From the NCBI GenBank assembly GCA_964057225.1, contig OZ059894.1, positions 7,812,001 to 7,876,000 on the forward strand: DNA of 64,000 bases, written 5' to 3'. This document shows, piece after piece, positions 26,263 to 40,600 of the stretch. Source of the DNA: Auanema rhodensis. Taxonomy: Eukaryota > Animalia > Nematoda. The stretch's first letter is position 1. Each line of letters begins with the position of its first letter. The notes beneath the pieces are model-generated. The model had not been told where the DNA came from. It saw only the letters and a list, made by a program, of their open reading frames with translations, and searched no databases. The translations under genes were made by a program, and so were the position numbers.

Positions 26263-29200
26263 AAATTTATACAGAGAAGATCAGCAGTAGATTCGCATAA
26301 ATGGCAGCTGATGAGAAAAAATTAAAAATATCGTCATGAAGAGCATTTGGTTGCGTTATTTTCTGTATTTTGACCAGATAAAAAGAAATGAAAAGGCTTA
26401 ACAGAGATCAGGCTTGTCTATGATGTATAATGTATTTGCGGCTTTTTTCTTTTTTGAATGTTTGATAGACGGACGGAAAGAACAAGATGAAGGATATAGT
26501 GAATACGGATCAGAGCTTGAACATGGTGAGAAATCGGAGAAGAGGACACAAGAGCGGACAAGCATAAGCGGATTGAGATACATCAGCTTATGTATCCGAC
26601 AAATCTACGTCTTGCTCAAAGCGAGAAAAAACGTCTCCGACAAAAGATCTGAGTAAAATATTGGAGGATCTGAAAAGAATTGAATTAAGCAAACTACTGA
26701 AAACATTAAAAACTTTCAAAAATCTAAGAGAAACGACAGAAAAAGCAAAGAGAAAATATGATAAACTTGAAAAATAATCGAAGCTCATGTTCACATTGAA
26801 ATTAGAGAATATGGGAGGTAATAGAGGAGAAGGAAGTGAAAGAAAAGCAAATGCTATTGGAATGCTGGTAAGCAGGGAGGGCAATGAACCGGAAGCATGG
26901 GTACAGAATTGTGCATAATTTGAGTTTTCAGCAGGAGGCAGTCAAGTTGCGTTTTTATGGCCATTGAAAGCTGAGAAGAGAAAAAAGATCTATGATGAAA
27001 AATGAAAAACTTTAAATGGGACTTACAATAGGAGCTTAAAACTTTGCTCATGCTCTTACAATGTTGGAATTCAATGACTAAGTTTTTAGCAGCAAGTTTC
27101 AATAGTTTGTTGGGGTGGCATAGAAAAAGAGCAAGCACAAATGAAATGTGAAGGATTGATGGCGACAATCCTGGCGATTGCCTCATGGGATGTCTGTCTG
27201 CCGACTTGACTGGTTAGCAAGTTTTGATGTCCAGTTGCGAATCTTTCTATAAGGAAAATAAATGGTGTGGACAAAAGAGAGTGAAGAGTTGAAGGAGAGA
27301 AGGACGACGTGTAAGAGCTATGAGAAGAGAGAAATAGAGGAGAACAGAAATTGAAATAGTGCACACAGGAATTCGAAAATAAATGGATACATATCCTCAC
27401 ATCTTACGATAGACAGCAGATTTGTCATCTAAATTTGAAATTCATAATACTAGCGCTGTAGTACTAGTAGCTTTGTGGTTTGATAAGATTTCATGTAATA
27501 TGGAAAGAAAAACCTTTTTTTTTGTTTTGGTTTGTGCTATAGAAGACTTACTAAGCATTGGTATTGAGTAAGAAAATTGAAGTTTTATGGATTATAAAAG
27601 AATAAATGGAACATATTCTATAGATGAATGATAAAAAAAAGAAAGAAAGATTATTCCATTTGTTATTGCTGTATGATTGAGTTCTTTTTCGTGGTTTACT
27701 ATCCAGCAAATGGAATTTTGATTGTAATTTCGATTCGTTTTTTTTCTTTCCTTTCTTGGCCTTCTATTAGCCATATCGTAACAGTCTGTTAGAATAAATT
27801 GGTTATTGTATGCGGGTTGGGACAGGTGAATAGGACTGAAGAGGGAACGGAATAGAAGGCTGGAATAGCCATAGAGCTCCATTCAGCTGTCTAACAATCG
27901 AGAGACAAGTACCTTAAATGGTAGTTGCGTAATCATCAAAGAATCACGGTAACCAATGAGTGGCTTGACGGATGGCTCCTGAAGTACCTGCAACCCGCAT
28001 AGACATACGTGGATTGTTACATAAACGTCATTGTTAGACAATGTGAATGTCAGAGAGTCAAGGTAAGACAGTCTTCGGCTCTTCTGCAAACAGTCCATGG
28101 CACATCGAAATGCTAAAAGGCTGGAGCCTGCTCCTTAACCCAATTGACCGATACAGTTGCCTTTGACCGCAACAAAGATCATCAGAGATAGAAAGAAGGG
28201 GCCTTGGCCATACCACACATGGAGTTGTTGATGCTGATGGAGAAGAAGAGAAAGAGTGAGAGACAGAGAGAGAATGCTAAATAAAGAGAATATGAGATGT
28301 GTGATGAAAAGAGGTTATGAGAGTACTATTTGGGTCTTGGACTTATGACCGACGCCGGCATCATCATCACTTCCATCAGTGTCATCAACAGCCGCAGCAG
28401 TTTTCTTTGGATATGAAAGTAATGTTGTGTATACTTAAGCTCCAGGAGATCGGACGTCTAACTGAGACGGAATTCATTAGTAACAAAAGATTGAAACATT
28501 GATATATACATATATAGGAATAGAAAGTGTGAAGATATCATCATTCTCACAAATCAAATAAAAAACTTTTTTTGATATTGAAAGAAAAAACGTTTTCAAG
28601 TTGCCGACAAGTGATTGGAGTCTAGAGAAGTTCAATTGATGTTAGCAAAAGAAATTAAGTTAAATAATAAGTGACTGATTTCTAACTATAAAGGGATGAA
28701 TAATCCTATTTTGAACGGAAATATATAGAAAAGATGTTCGTAAAACTGAATAGTTAAAGTTTCCTTCAATAGCAAAGAAGTAGCATATAGCATAAAGTAT
28801 AACGAAGGATTTATATTTGGTGAAGTTGGTCAAGAGATTACGAATGACAAATGGCAGATGGAGTTGTTCTTAAATAGAAAAAAGAATAATTTGTATGTTG
28901 GTGAAGCAAAAAATGATGAAAGAAGGGCTGTACTCATCGTTCATCTGTACTAACGTTACTTTACTTTCAGGTTCTTATATGGAAATAAATAAAATTTTTA
29001 TGACAAATCAGCTAACGATGGGAACGGATTAGAGGGTACTGTCTTGCGCATCTATTTTTCAATTTTTTTGTGACCAAGATTCTATTTGATGACGATTAGC
29101 AATAATAATAAAACTAAGTTGAATTGATATATGAGCCAATTTGGGTAAATATGGTATGGATACGAAGAAAACTGGCTATTCAGATGAGTCTTGATGACGT

Positions 29201-31555
29201 AACATTGCTCTTATGGGCCAGATAATCAACAGGAGAGTCACTTGTATACATCTGCATATTAGTCTTTAGAATAGGCTATGGGGAAGAATATGGAATCGTC
29301 TTCCGTTCAGGTGTTAGGATGAGCTACGATTGGCCTTTCTACTCATTATATTCTCATTGGCTCCTGACTGTGATTATAACATATCAAATATTCACGTAGT
29401 TATATTGTCTATATGGAGTAGTATAGCCAGTAGGACAGGTGACGACGATGTTTGGCTAGAATACTGAAAACAATACCTTTCTCTACGGATGAGTTAATTG
29501 GAAGCAATTTGACCGATGCCACACGGAAGCAATGCACGACAGGTGGCAATGTTGCCGATAGATGAAACCCTTGACGTCGTAGAAGATGTTCAAGAATGTC
29601 GTTAAGAATAGATGAGATAGTAGGACTTAATGAGACACAGAAAAGACATGAGCATCTGAGAGTCAATCAAGGTGCAAAGAAATGCCGAAAGCAATAAAAC
29701 TGATGAATTAGCTGTTCCAATTGAAAGGAGCCTACCATTTCATAATTGGATATAGTTATCTTATAAATAAATATAATTAAAGAAAATCTATTAAAGAAGG
29801 GCTGTTATTCAACCGAAAGAAAGATGTCTTATTTTGAGTTTTCTTCAATAGTTTCATGGATGCCCGAACAAGTACACATACTATTTGACAATTGTTTTAG
29901 GGGCCGGATATAGGCACCTTGAGGCTGGAAAAAATAAAAAAACAGATGGCAAAGTCAAAGTAAATGGTCCTCAGAAGAAAAGAAATTCAGTAAATGCAAG
30001 AATCGTCTTAATCCTTCTAATAACCTAGCTGGCTATTGGTTAATAGCAGCTGCTATTCGGAAGAGAACAATTGCGATTTCGCGCGCCGACGAACTAAGCC
30101 GCAAAACGTGAGCTCAGGCTGTCAGGTTGGTTACAGGTCGACTTAGACAAGTTACAAACCTGAAAAAAAAACTTGTTCATATTAAAAAGGTAGAATTATG
30201 CGATTAGAAGATCGAAACACAAAGCACATAAACGAAAAGCTAAAAAATGGTTCAGTGGACCGGAAGACAAAGAATGGCAGATAGATTCTATGTATGTTTA
30301 CGAAGAGAAAACGCAGAGCAAAATGGATGGCATTGAGCTATATATAACATGAAAAGAGATAAAGATCATATATCACTTAACTATATGAATATAGTTATAC
30401 AAGAGTTGTTAAGAAACATGAGAGAGGACAATATTGGATATGATATGAAGACAGTAAAGATGTATGTCTGATGAGAATAAGAGAACAAGAAAATGTTACA
30501 TAAAGTTCTATTGACTAGTAGTAATTGTTAGGAAAAGAAAAATAATATTAAATTGTATAGATAGTATAGTTAGTATAGTTAGTACTACTATTTCTCAATA
30601 TACAGCCTCATAGATAGAATAATCATTTTAGAGATTCTGAATACAAGTATTAACGAATGGTCAAAAGTAGAATAGACAACGACAGGTGAATTGAGGAGAG
30701 AAGACAGCCAAGTCTGAGTAATAATTTGAACACGAAGGATACTAATCCCATGCAATACAAACAAACATATGCTACGGATAAATACTAACAGAATAAGGCT
30801 GAACGGAGCATTGGATTACGCGAGGCACGGCGACAGATCAAGCTCTCAACTTTGTCTTGTCTTCTCAATCTCACAAGCTATCTCACTATCTCGTGCGGTT
30901 AAACCTTCTCATGATGATGAAAATTCTTTGAGAACATTTGCAGCTTGAGAACAGAAGAGGTAAGACTTGCTGTTAAGAAGAGCCGTTCTTTCATAACGAG
31001 CTCAATGGACATACTTACACGACAGTTTGCTTGTCGCCTCGTCTTCTTCATATTATTCTCACATTCTGGTTTAAAAGTGCTATCGAGATTGAGGAGTAAC
31101 GAAGAAAATTATGAATTATAATGAAATTTGTGCTACTGCTCGTTAGCTGAGCATGTATTAGATGAAGTAAAGGGATATGAGAGGTGGCGGTATCGGTTTG
31201 ACTAACTAACTTTTTCGTGTTTTTCAGCCGTCTCATCCCTTTTTTGTCACCAAAAAAAAGAACTTTATGACTTGCCAAATGAGAAAACATGAATTAAGTA
31301 GAAAGCCAGTTAGTAAGCTGGCAATACGGAGTGTCATCAAAGAAAAAAACAAAAAAACGCAAGAGGAGACAGAGCATGAAGAGTGTCGAATTTGTATCTC
31401 CCACAGCAACCTTGCTTGATGATGTGAATATAAATATTGGTTCATAATGTTACATAAGCAAAGGCTCTGGTCAAGTTAGGATTGGGTCAAGCTCAAGCAT
31501 ATTCTGCCCAATACGGGCAGTACTCTTCAGCTATGTTCACTACTAGCTGGCTGTT

Positions 31556-31617
31556 GTCTCTCTATCTCTATCTCTCTCTCTCTATCTTCTTATATATATA
31601 TATATATATATATATAT
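31556..31617 (+). repeat. Compound (CT)-rich / (TA)n microsatellite
   Basis: A ctctctatctctatctctctctc tract followed by ~13 TA units. Confidence 0.9.
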
Positions 31618-34600
31618 TTCTTTATACTTCTACTGGAGTAATAATAAAGATTCAGTTGTACTAGTTTGGCTCTTCCAAAAGTCTTTTTCTCTCGACTCGC
31701 CTCCCTCTTTGTTTGATGTTAGGACGCATGCCTGAACGGATTGCTTTCAGAATACTGCAGAGTGATTCTGAATACTAGAATAAGCTATAACATTTCAAAT
31801 TAGTATTAAAACTGAAAGTAGTATGATTATTGGATTGAGATTGAGTTTCAGGTTTTGAAATAAAAAATAGGAAAGAATAACATAAGTTTATATTGGCTCA
31901 ATTGAAAATCTGATTAAGATTGACCTTTACATGATTTTGGCAAAATTTTCAAAGGTCAACCTAGATCTACCTAGTCAGCATATGTTTTGCTGATTAGAAA
32001 CAAATCAATGCAGGAAGTGAGGAGAAGAAAAAAATAAAACATAAGGTCATCGTCATGTTGTAGCGATTATGCTAGATTTGAGAATCAGAACGTTTTGATG
32101 TGATGATGACGGAGTGAAATTCGATGCCGATGAACTCAAGAACGAAGGGCGGATTAGCTAAAAAAGGTTACAAGATTAGGTTTGTACAAGAGACAGGTGC
32201 ATATGAGATAGTTGGATAGAAACGAAAATATTAAAAGGATTTTAGGGGGATATAGAAAGATGTTAGAGCGTAAGGCAAATAAACATTGGAATGATTCATG
32301 AGGTAAGATTGAGACAATATTTGAATTTTCTGTAATATGGTTTCGAAAACACGAAATAAATGAGATCAAGTTCGGAAACTAGAGGAATACATCGTGAAAC
32401 ATATTAGATTGATTGACACCATGTAAAGAAATTCTGAATAAGAGGACAATCGTCCATATGTGGAACGAGTGTGACGTATATCATACTTCTGTTTGAGAAA
32501 ATAACGATGTCGAGGAGTCATGTATGGATGTCAACTGATGAGAAAATTGCTTCATCTGGAAAAAAGGCCTTTTCTGAATCACAAGGACGATGTATTCAAT
32601 AGACAAATGAAATTGTTATGTTTTATCTCCAGAAAGACAGACGACGTCGAATACAAGTTGTGTCAAAAGTTCAGGAATTAGAAATATGAATAGAGTTTGA
32701 ATGACTGTGTAGTTGTATAGATACATCAATGCTTTAACCTGCTAGGAAAATAATGAGAGGATTCGTATTAGAACTCTTTGTGAGAGAAACCTGAATGAAA
32801 TGTTGCTCATCTCATAGTTCTGTTAAGATGTTCCCAACGTTTCTCATCTTTTAACTATAGGTTACAGGGTTGTTGAGCAAAGTTTTGTGTTGTATGACAT
32901 AGCCCATATCGGCCGACAAAGAAAAAAATGAAAGACGGTCAGTGTTTTAAATTCTATACCATCTTCTATCTATCTATTCTTTATGGTTATCAATGTTACT
33001 TTAGAAGATATGTTTCATCTTTTCTCCGTATATAGTACGATGAGCTATAGATTGATGGTGCATTACTCAACATCAATCATAAACAAAGCAAGTGAAACAG
33101 TTTTTTGTTTAGATGTGCCGACAAACAAATGGAAGAAAAGCCGAAAATGAAACCTTCTGAATGACATGAACATGATTGAAGAACATGAGAGAATTACAGG
33201 ATGTTATTGTATAAAAAGAATATAAAAATACTTTTTTTTCTATTGTATTATATAAGGATGACATCTATTGCTCGTGGGACCAGCCGCTAATCCTGCTTGT
33301 TGTTGTGTCGGCACTTTCAGGTAGTATGTGCAGTTCAATGCCGAGAAAGAGACTGTCAAGCTTTTATGAATCTAATCAGATTGATGAGCATTATCTTAGC
33401 CTAATTCATTATATAAAGTCTTTTTGTAGATAAAAAATATTTTCTTTTATTCATAAAACAAAGAATAATGGAATTACCTTGTCGGAAGTATCTTTTGAAT
33501 TGAGGAAAAAAAAAGATTAAGAAGTATACATTTCCTAAAACTAATAATGATTCTTTTGAAATAAAAGAGGGATTTCAAAATAAAAATTATAAGAAATATT
33601 TATTGTAATAAAAGTATTGAATTTCTTTTTAAAAAATTAGTAAATAAAACTATTTAAAAAGGTTTTTGAATTGTTTGTACTATAAACTTTTCTATTCAAA
33701 ACATTGTTTCAAAAGAAAATTATTCTAGAAAAGTTGACGAGAGGTAGAATTGTAATTAGTTGTTGTGAGGAGAAATTTTTTTCCAAGATCACACTTAGGA
33801 GTGAATAGAAATTTGGCGGAAATTATCATTTTTCTTACTTTGGAACGGATGTTATAAAGCCAATCGTCTCACATTACCATTGGATCTACTTGTCTCTATC
33901 TCTCTCATTCGATCTCTTCCTTCTGTCTCTCTCTAACAATTCTCCTGTTCTCTTATACTTTTGACATCAGAAGATGCCGATGAACCGAAGAAAAAAGGAC
34001 AGAAGATGAACTATACTAGTACAGCTATACATAGTTACTTGGAAATATTCCGAGTGGATTAAGGGATGGAAAAGAGAAAACGAACCTTTCTATTGTCTTT
34101 TTTGTTTCTTTTTGATCATTTGGATATACATATAGTTAGAAATGCTAATTATTTCTTAAAGAACTTCTTGACATGACTCAGATAAAAGGGAAAATGAATG
34201 AAAATAGTCTGAAGAGGGTTTAGATGAGTAAAGAAATTCCGCTTTAACTTCTGTCAATCTCACACTGACATCAGTAAGCAATCAACTTTGCGGTAGAGAA
34301 AATGGATTCTTTAATGGGATTTATGGCGTTTTCTGTGAAATTTCTCAACTTCATCTGATAACATTTGATAGTTCTCTTCACATTAACGTTTTTTGACAAA
34401 AGGAATACCGAAAATAAGAAGAGGGAACGTACATATATCCAGTTCCAGTCTCAAATCGTGAAAAGATGTTTTGCTCGATTTACATATACATATCTATCTA
34501 CACATGCATCTGATTATATTAAACTATATACAGAATATGTTTGTTTACCCAGATGACAGGCTTCATCCTGTTATCATAAAAGAATGTTAGCCGCTTCCGC

Positions 34601-37600
34601 TGTTGGGTAGCATGAGAATTGCGCCATGGGCATTTCCTGTAGGCAGACGAGCATGTTTCAACCTTACCGTCTATGTAAACATCACACCTTTGTGATATCT
34701 TAAGAGTTGGGAAGAAAAAATATTCTATACGTATAGTAAATTCTAGCGGCATGGTAATAGAGAAAAAAATCGAAGAAGAACGAATAAAAGAAGAAGATAC
34801 AGTCAATAAAGGGATCAAAAACAGAAAAATGAGGGAAAAGATGATGGAAATGGTAAGAGGGTCATAAGAGAAAATACGAAGAATAACATTAAGAATCTAA
34901 TAAAAACCTTTAAGATATGGATGACCATGACGATAATTCTGTAGGAAAATGATGTTCGGACGTTTGACTGTTATAATAAGCAATATTTATGTCTTATAGA
35001 TAAGAAGAAAATATAATTGTTATTACAAGACCGCTAACGACAAGTGTTGTCATCAGGTTTCCGGTCAAGGTATCCGACAAACGGCTAGCCTTTCAAACTA
35101 ACTATCTATCTCAACTTATGAGCCTATTAATTGCTTCTACAAGAGGTCAAAGATATTTTGATTGATAAGGAGAAGTGTGGAATCAACAGATTTGCTGAGG
35201 TCAAGCTCGTATTAGCTGAGGGGTTTTGACACCTGATAAAACGATTTCAAACCATGCAAACACATGTTTAAACTAGCATATAGATAAGAATATAATTCAA
35301 AAATATTGATAATCACCTGCTCAATAGTTAGAATTTTTGGATGATGAGAAACACCAAGAGAGCTTCTTTGACCTTTTTAATTGTATCAAAAGTACATGGA
35401 GCTAAAAAGAGAAAGAAGGATGTGTAGAAGTAGCTTAAACTCATTAGGAGATTTGGTTAAACATCTTCAAAATAAGTGAAGTTGAAAGAAAAAAGTATAA
35501 AAGTATATTGAATAAGCTAATATAATTCTTCTTCTTTTCATTATTTTATTTATTATAAAAATAAGATATAAACCTTCTTATATGGTATATTTATCTTTTA
35601 AAAAGGAGGATATAAAGATCGTAATCGAACTAACAGGTGGTTGATTGTATTTGTGGATACTGTGAAAGTCATACGACTTTAAAAGTGCTGGAAAATAAAT
35701 AATGTTGTGAAGACATCATTAATGACTGAGACTGGAAAAATGTTTGACAGACTGTCCAGTGCAATGGGAATACGACAACGAGGATCATAAATCTGTACGA
35801 CGAGTATCGGCTGTCCAGATGACCACAGAATATTGTCGACGTGCGAAACTCATTTGTCACTGTCTGGCCGACAAGCGCCACTTGGTGTCGCTCCGGATGA
35901 TGGAACGGCAAAGTTCGGCTGAAGGAGTAACAGATGATAAGAGCTGATAGGCTGTTATACTTGATAATCTGGTCCATTTTGTCCCAACAAGATGAGTACG
36001 GAATGAGTCACCAAAATTAGATAGTATATTTGCCTAATCCATCAAAATCGTATTCGATATCTCTAACTAAAAATACGATTTTTTGATGAAACTATAGCGA
36101 GCGTTTAGAGTTTTGAGGGATGATTGTCACACATCTAGAGACGAATATAGTCTACAAATCTATTATTTGTTGCTCTCAAAAGGTTCCAATTATTTCTAAC
36201 CATTCCGTTTTCTTATATTGTTCAAACCTAACAGCAACTTGGCCAATATCCTACTGTTCTGAGCATTAAGTCGCCAGATGTATGTTGTACCTAATTAAGA
36301 TGAAACATTGCTTATGTATAAAACAAGTATAGGTTTTGTTCTGACTTAATAGAGCGGACAGGGATGTGGATATATCAAGTTTAAAATATTTAAAAGCTTT
36401 TTGAAACATCAATGTTTTCATATAATTTTAATATTATATTGAAGAATAAAAAGAAAAACAACATAATGACTGAAGGCAATATATTGAATTGTGACATGAG
36501 GTTAGCAATTATTTGGTTACTTCCTACCATACCATACCAAGGACAACAGGATAGTAGCAAGATCAAAAAGACACTTCAATCTTATATATTTAAGTTTTTT
36601 GATGAATAGAATTCAATAGAAATATATAAGAAAATGGAAAAGAAGTCTGTCATTGTCTGCCAAAGGGAAGAACAAGATCTATGTATACGATATTAAACAG
36701 ATACCGTTTTCCTTTTGGATTTAACATCGGTAAAATCAAGGGAAAACTATAAGATATTGTTGAAGAAAATTAAAAATTATAAAATTAGTCACAGAGCTAT
36801 TGTAATATAATCTGAATGTTTTTGTTAAGAAACTGAACTGAATACAGATATTGGATGTCAACAGCAATCACAGCTTAGCAGATGGTCCATAAATGGATAG
36901 GATAAGGAAGTAACTTGATCCAATTTACCAGTTGAATAATAGATACAAGTTAAAATTGAAATCTTGTTATTGAGATATAGGATTAAAAATTTGTGAGAAT
37001 ATTTTATGAAAAAAATCGAAAGTGGCTACTGAAATCTCTGACAGCTCATGAAAGCAAGCGAGTGCGGAATTGGGCACAAATCTTCAAAACTTCAAGAAAA
37101 TTGAGACTTGCTGAAGACAAGTTGTCAGTTAAGCCAGCATCAAAACAAAGGAAGCAATGCTCACAAATGACCAATCAGGTATTGAAATGAGGTTCAGTGT
37201 TCGAATATTGAACGCTCTCCGTTTCGATTAAGTTGGAGAAGTGACGGTTCCAAGTAATTACGTCTTATTTTCCGCTTGCTTTCGCCTTGTTGGTCCTTCA
37301 ATTGACGGAAAGGACCTCCTTCATTGGTTCCTTTCAACAATTCTGATCAATATGCAAATGACATGAAGGAACTTGAAGAAACAAATAAGTAAGTAGAGCT
37401 AATAATTAGAAAATATACAGGATATTGCTTTGTGCTATGATTCAATCATATGGAAGGAATGATGAATTCTTAGCTTCGAAAGCAACATCATCAATTTCCT
37501 CAACTCTAGCATTGGGCTTATGTTAACTCAATGAAATTAGTTATATGCTACATCTTCTATTCTTTCAATTTTCTTAGTTTCTATTGCTATCATCCTCGAA

Positions 37601-40600
37601 TTCTCTCTAATTCTCTCTCTTAAAAACACTATATAGGCTCGTTTACTAGTTAATATTATGAATTCATATGTAATTACATGAGAGATAGAATATGAATTAA
37701 ATCAATATTCAGCTTATATAGAATTTTGTCCAAATTAGCAATGAGCTCCAATCAAACTTAAAGCATGAATGCATCGTCTGCTAATATGGTCAAATCGAAA
37801 AACAAAAATGAAAAGATACTTTTAAGGTAAATCTTAAGAACAGTCATCTAGAAACAACTAATCTGACAGTCTCTTCATCATATTAAGTACTTTTCAATTA
37901 TCTCTTCAGCAATTGAATCAGCAGGAAGTTGAGTTACTTCATCAACCTGTCTCAGTTGGAATATCAGATGAGCGAAATATGTGACATCTACTTCACTACC
38001 TACATATGCTGCTGTGAATGAGGATGATGTGCACAAAATGTTGTTTGTTTTTCACTAATCCAGACAGACATAATCATTATCCACTTATTCAATGCTAATC
38101 ATGTAACCGGTCATCCATATCGTCTCTCCAATAGTCGACCCGAGTTCCATATATGCTTACAAGCTTTGACTTAAGTACAGGTGCTTAACTGACCCTGTCA
38201 TTCAGCAAGCAGTGCCACCCACCGAGCAGCTACAATAGATACTCTCTGGTGTTAATCGCCTTTCGAAATGTGTTAATTAGGTAAAAAAAATAGTAACATG
38301 TAACAATTAGCTAACTATATCTTTGTACTACAAGGGATCACTATTTTATTTTGATTTACTCTTAAAAAATTTAGAATTTTGATGAATTTGATGAATTATG
38401 TGAAATATTACTTCGCATGCCAAAGTATTTTCTACATGAAGCTTGGGTATTTCCAATAATTATGATTAGTAGAGAAAGAACAAACATTATATAACTTAAA
38501 TATAATTATATAAACTATATATTATATAAATATAATCTCTTATTATACAAATAAAAAAAAATCCTATTTTACGGTATTCGTTTGTAAAGATCATGAGACA
38601 GTCGCGCAACATGGTTCTAATTACAGACCTTTCTTGTTCATGGTTCATGTTTTGGTGACATAATCATCGGTTATAAGAATAACTTCACCAGATTAGAGAT
38701 GTAGCAAATGTCATTTTGATCTTATAAATATAGATATTGAAAAATAGTTAATAGCATGAATGAAGTGACTTTAATCTCATGATTCATCTCTGATGCTGAT
38801 GGCAGAAACGTGAACTTGTACTGAATATAACCCAAGGATAAATACTTTTTTTCGGTTTCTGTTTGACGGGATAAGGCAAACATGTGATTGTTGCCGAATT
38901 TAGATAAAAAATAAGAAAACAACATGTTCATATTTCAAAGGAAAATGCTAGTTATTCATGAATTGTAAGAATAGAGCAGGGGACTAATCCTAAAATACTA
39001 TCTCACAGTTGTTTTTTTTCAAATACCAATGATTATAGCCTGTTGGGATTATAATTTGATAAAAGGTTTCTCACTGTCCAGGTCACAGTACTATGTGTAG
39101 TTTTGAATTTTTTTGAAAGAAAAGGACCGAAGCAGTCAAAGTGCTCATCTTTACTATCTTTTATAAGTTAATTATCGGTTACTCTTGAATACAGCAGGTC
39201 TTCAACAAGCATATGAGGCCAGCTGTGATGTGGCTTGACCACTACACTGCTGAGTTGTCTGTTTCTTTTTGTCATTTCAAATCTTACAGTATGGTCTAAC
39301 TATAATAAGCATTGAGTCTTGATTATAGGCTTGGAAGCATGGCACATAGAATTTTCAGTTAGTTGGGCATCTGTAGATGAATATACTATATACTATATGG
39401 ATGAATATAAAGAAAAGGTGTGAAAAGGTTGAATACAATAGAGGCACAAACCGAAGAATTGCCACCTTCAACACTTTGACCAACCTAACTCCTCTCTCTC
39501 TATGCTTCTCTCTCTTTTCTATACAATGTTTCATTCACCTTATATTATATTGGTGCTTAGCACCTAATATAAAAGGAAAGGGACTAGCTCATTCACCTGA
39601 CTTTTTTTTGCGAAAATGCTGTTAAGTCGAGCATATGCTGAGGTGTGACTCTTGGTTGAGAACCGAAAAGAAGTGCAAAAGTGCCAATTACACCCCTACA
39701 TCTCAGCAGCTGTTTTCTGCGTCATTTGTAAATTCACCAATTTTCTATATTTATCCTTGAAAAGGCTGAAAAATTCAGGGAATAAGGGAGAGAATTGAAC
39801 AAGCAATCTATAAAGGGGACTATGTTTACAAAAAAGTTTTAGATCAATGGATAAAGGTAATTATGATCGAATCTATATCGGATATTGCGACACAAGCCTA
39901 ATAGCCTTAGATACATTTAGAAGTTGAAAGAAAGAAAGGATAAACCATAATTAAGTGTTAGCAATTTCTTTTTCTTAGATGCAATGACGTAATCGGATGC
40001 CGTATAAAGACGATTTGAAAGAACAATGACAACTGGAATGATGGCCGCGGTCATTCGTTCACAATCACAAAGACAAAACGATGCCGACATTGGTTGACCA
40101 GCGTCAGGTGGCAATTAACTTGGTCCGTAAAGGACCTATACACTGGAATTACACGTGTTTCACGTTAAAGCAGCTGGTCATCGGCTAGTTGATTAGAAGT
40201 ATAAGAGACAGAAGAAGATTTATATCGAATTTACCGATAGAAGGGATTGATTTATGTCCAAGTTTCAAAATAAGTTTCAGTAGGTGTAACAGGTTGTAGT
40301 GTTGTACCTATCTAAACACAACATCAAAAACAATATAAATATGTGTTTGCTAGTTATTTGAAGAGGGGATAATACAATTTTCATTTGATAGTGAGATTAA
40401 CATTAAACGATTTTTACGAGAGTTCTAAATAGTTTGAAACTTTAAGTCTAAATTGAACTGTTCTGCATAAAATTATTAAATTTTTTAGTTCGTGCTATTC
40501 AATAATAAATTTTTTTTCTATAAAAAGTGGAACATAGATTAAAAGTTTATAAGAATGAAATGTATATTATTCATCATAATATTCATAAATATCTTGTTTA

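Noticed and set aside
22279-33100. Three CTGTTTCA (piRNA Ruby motif core) matches on the minus strand (~22279, ~25751, ~33093)
   Set aside because: Too sparse relative to chance to call a 21U-RNA cluster without small-RNA data.
39538-39575. Hairpin with TAGCACC (miR-29/83-like seed)
   Set aside because: The loop is about 1 nt and the stem is short and bulged, so it is not a pre-miRNA geometry.
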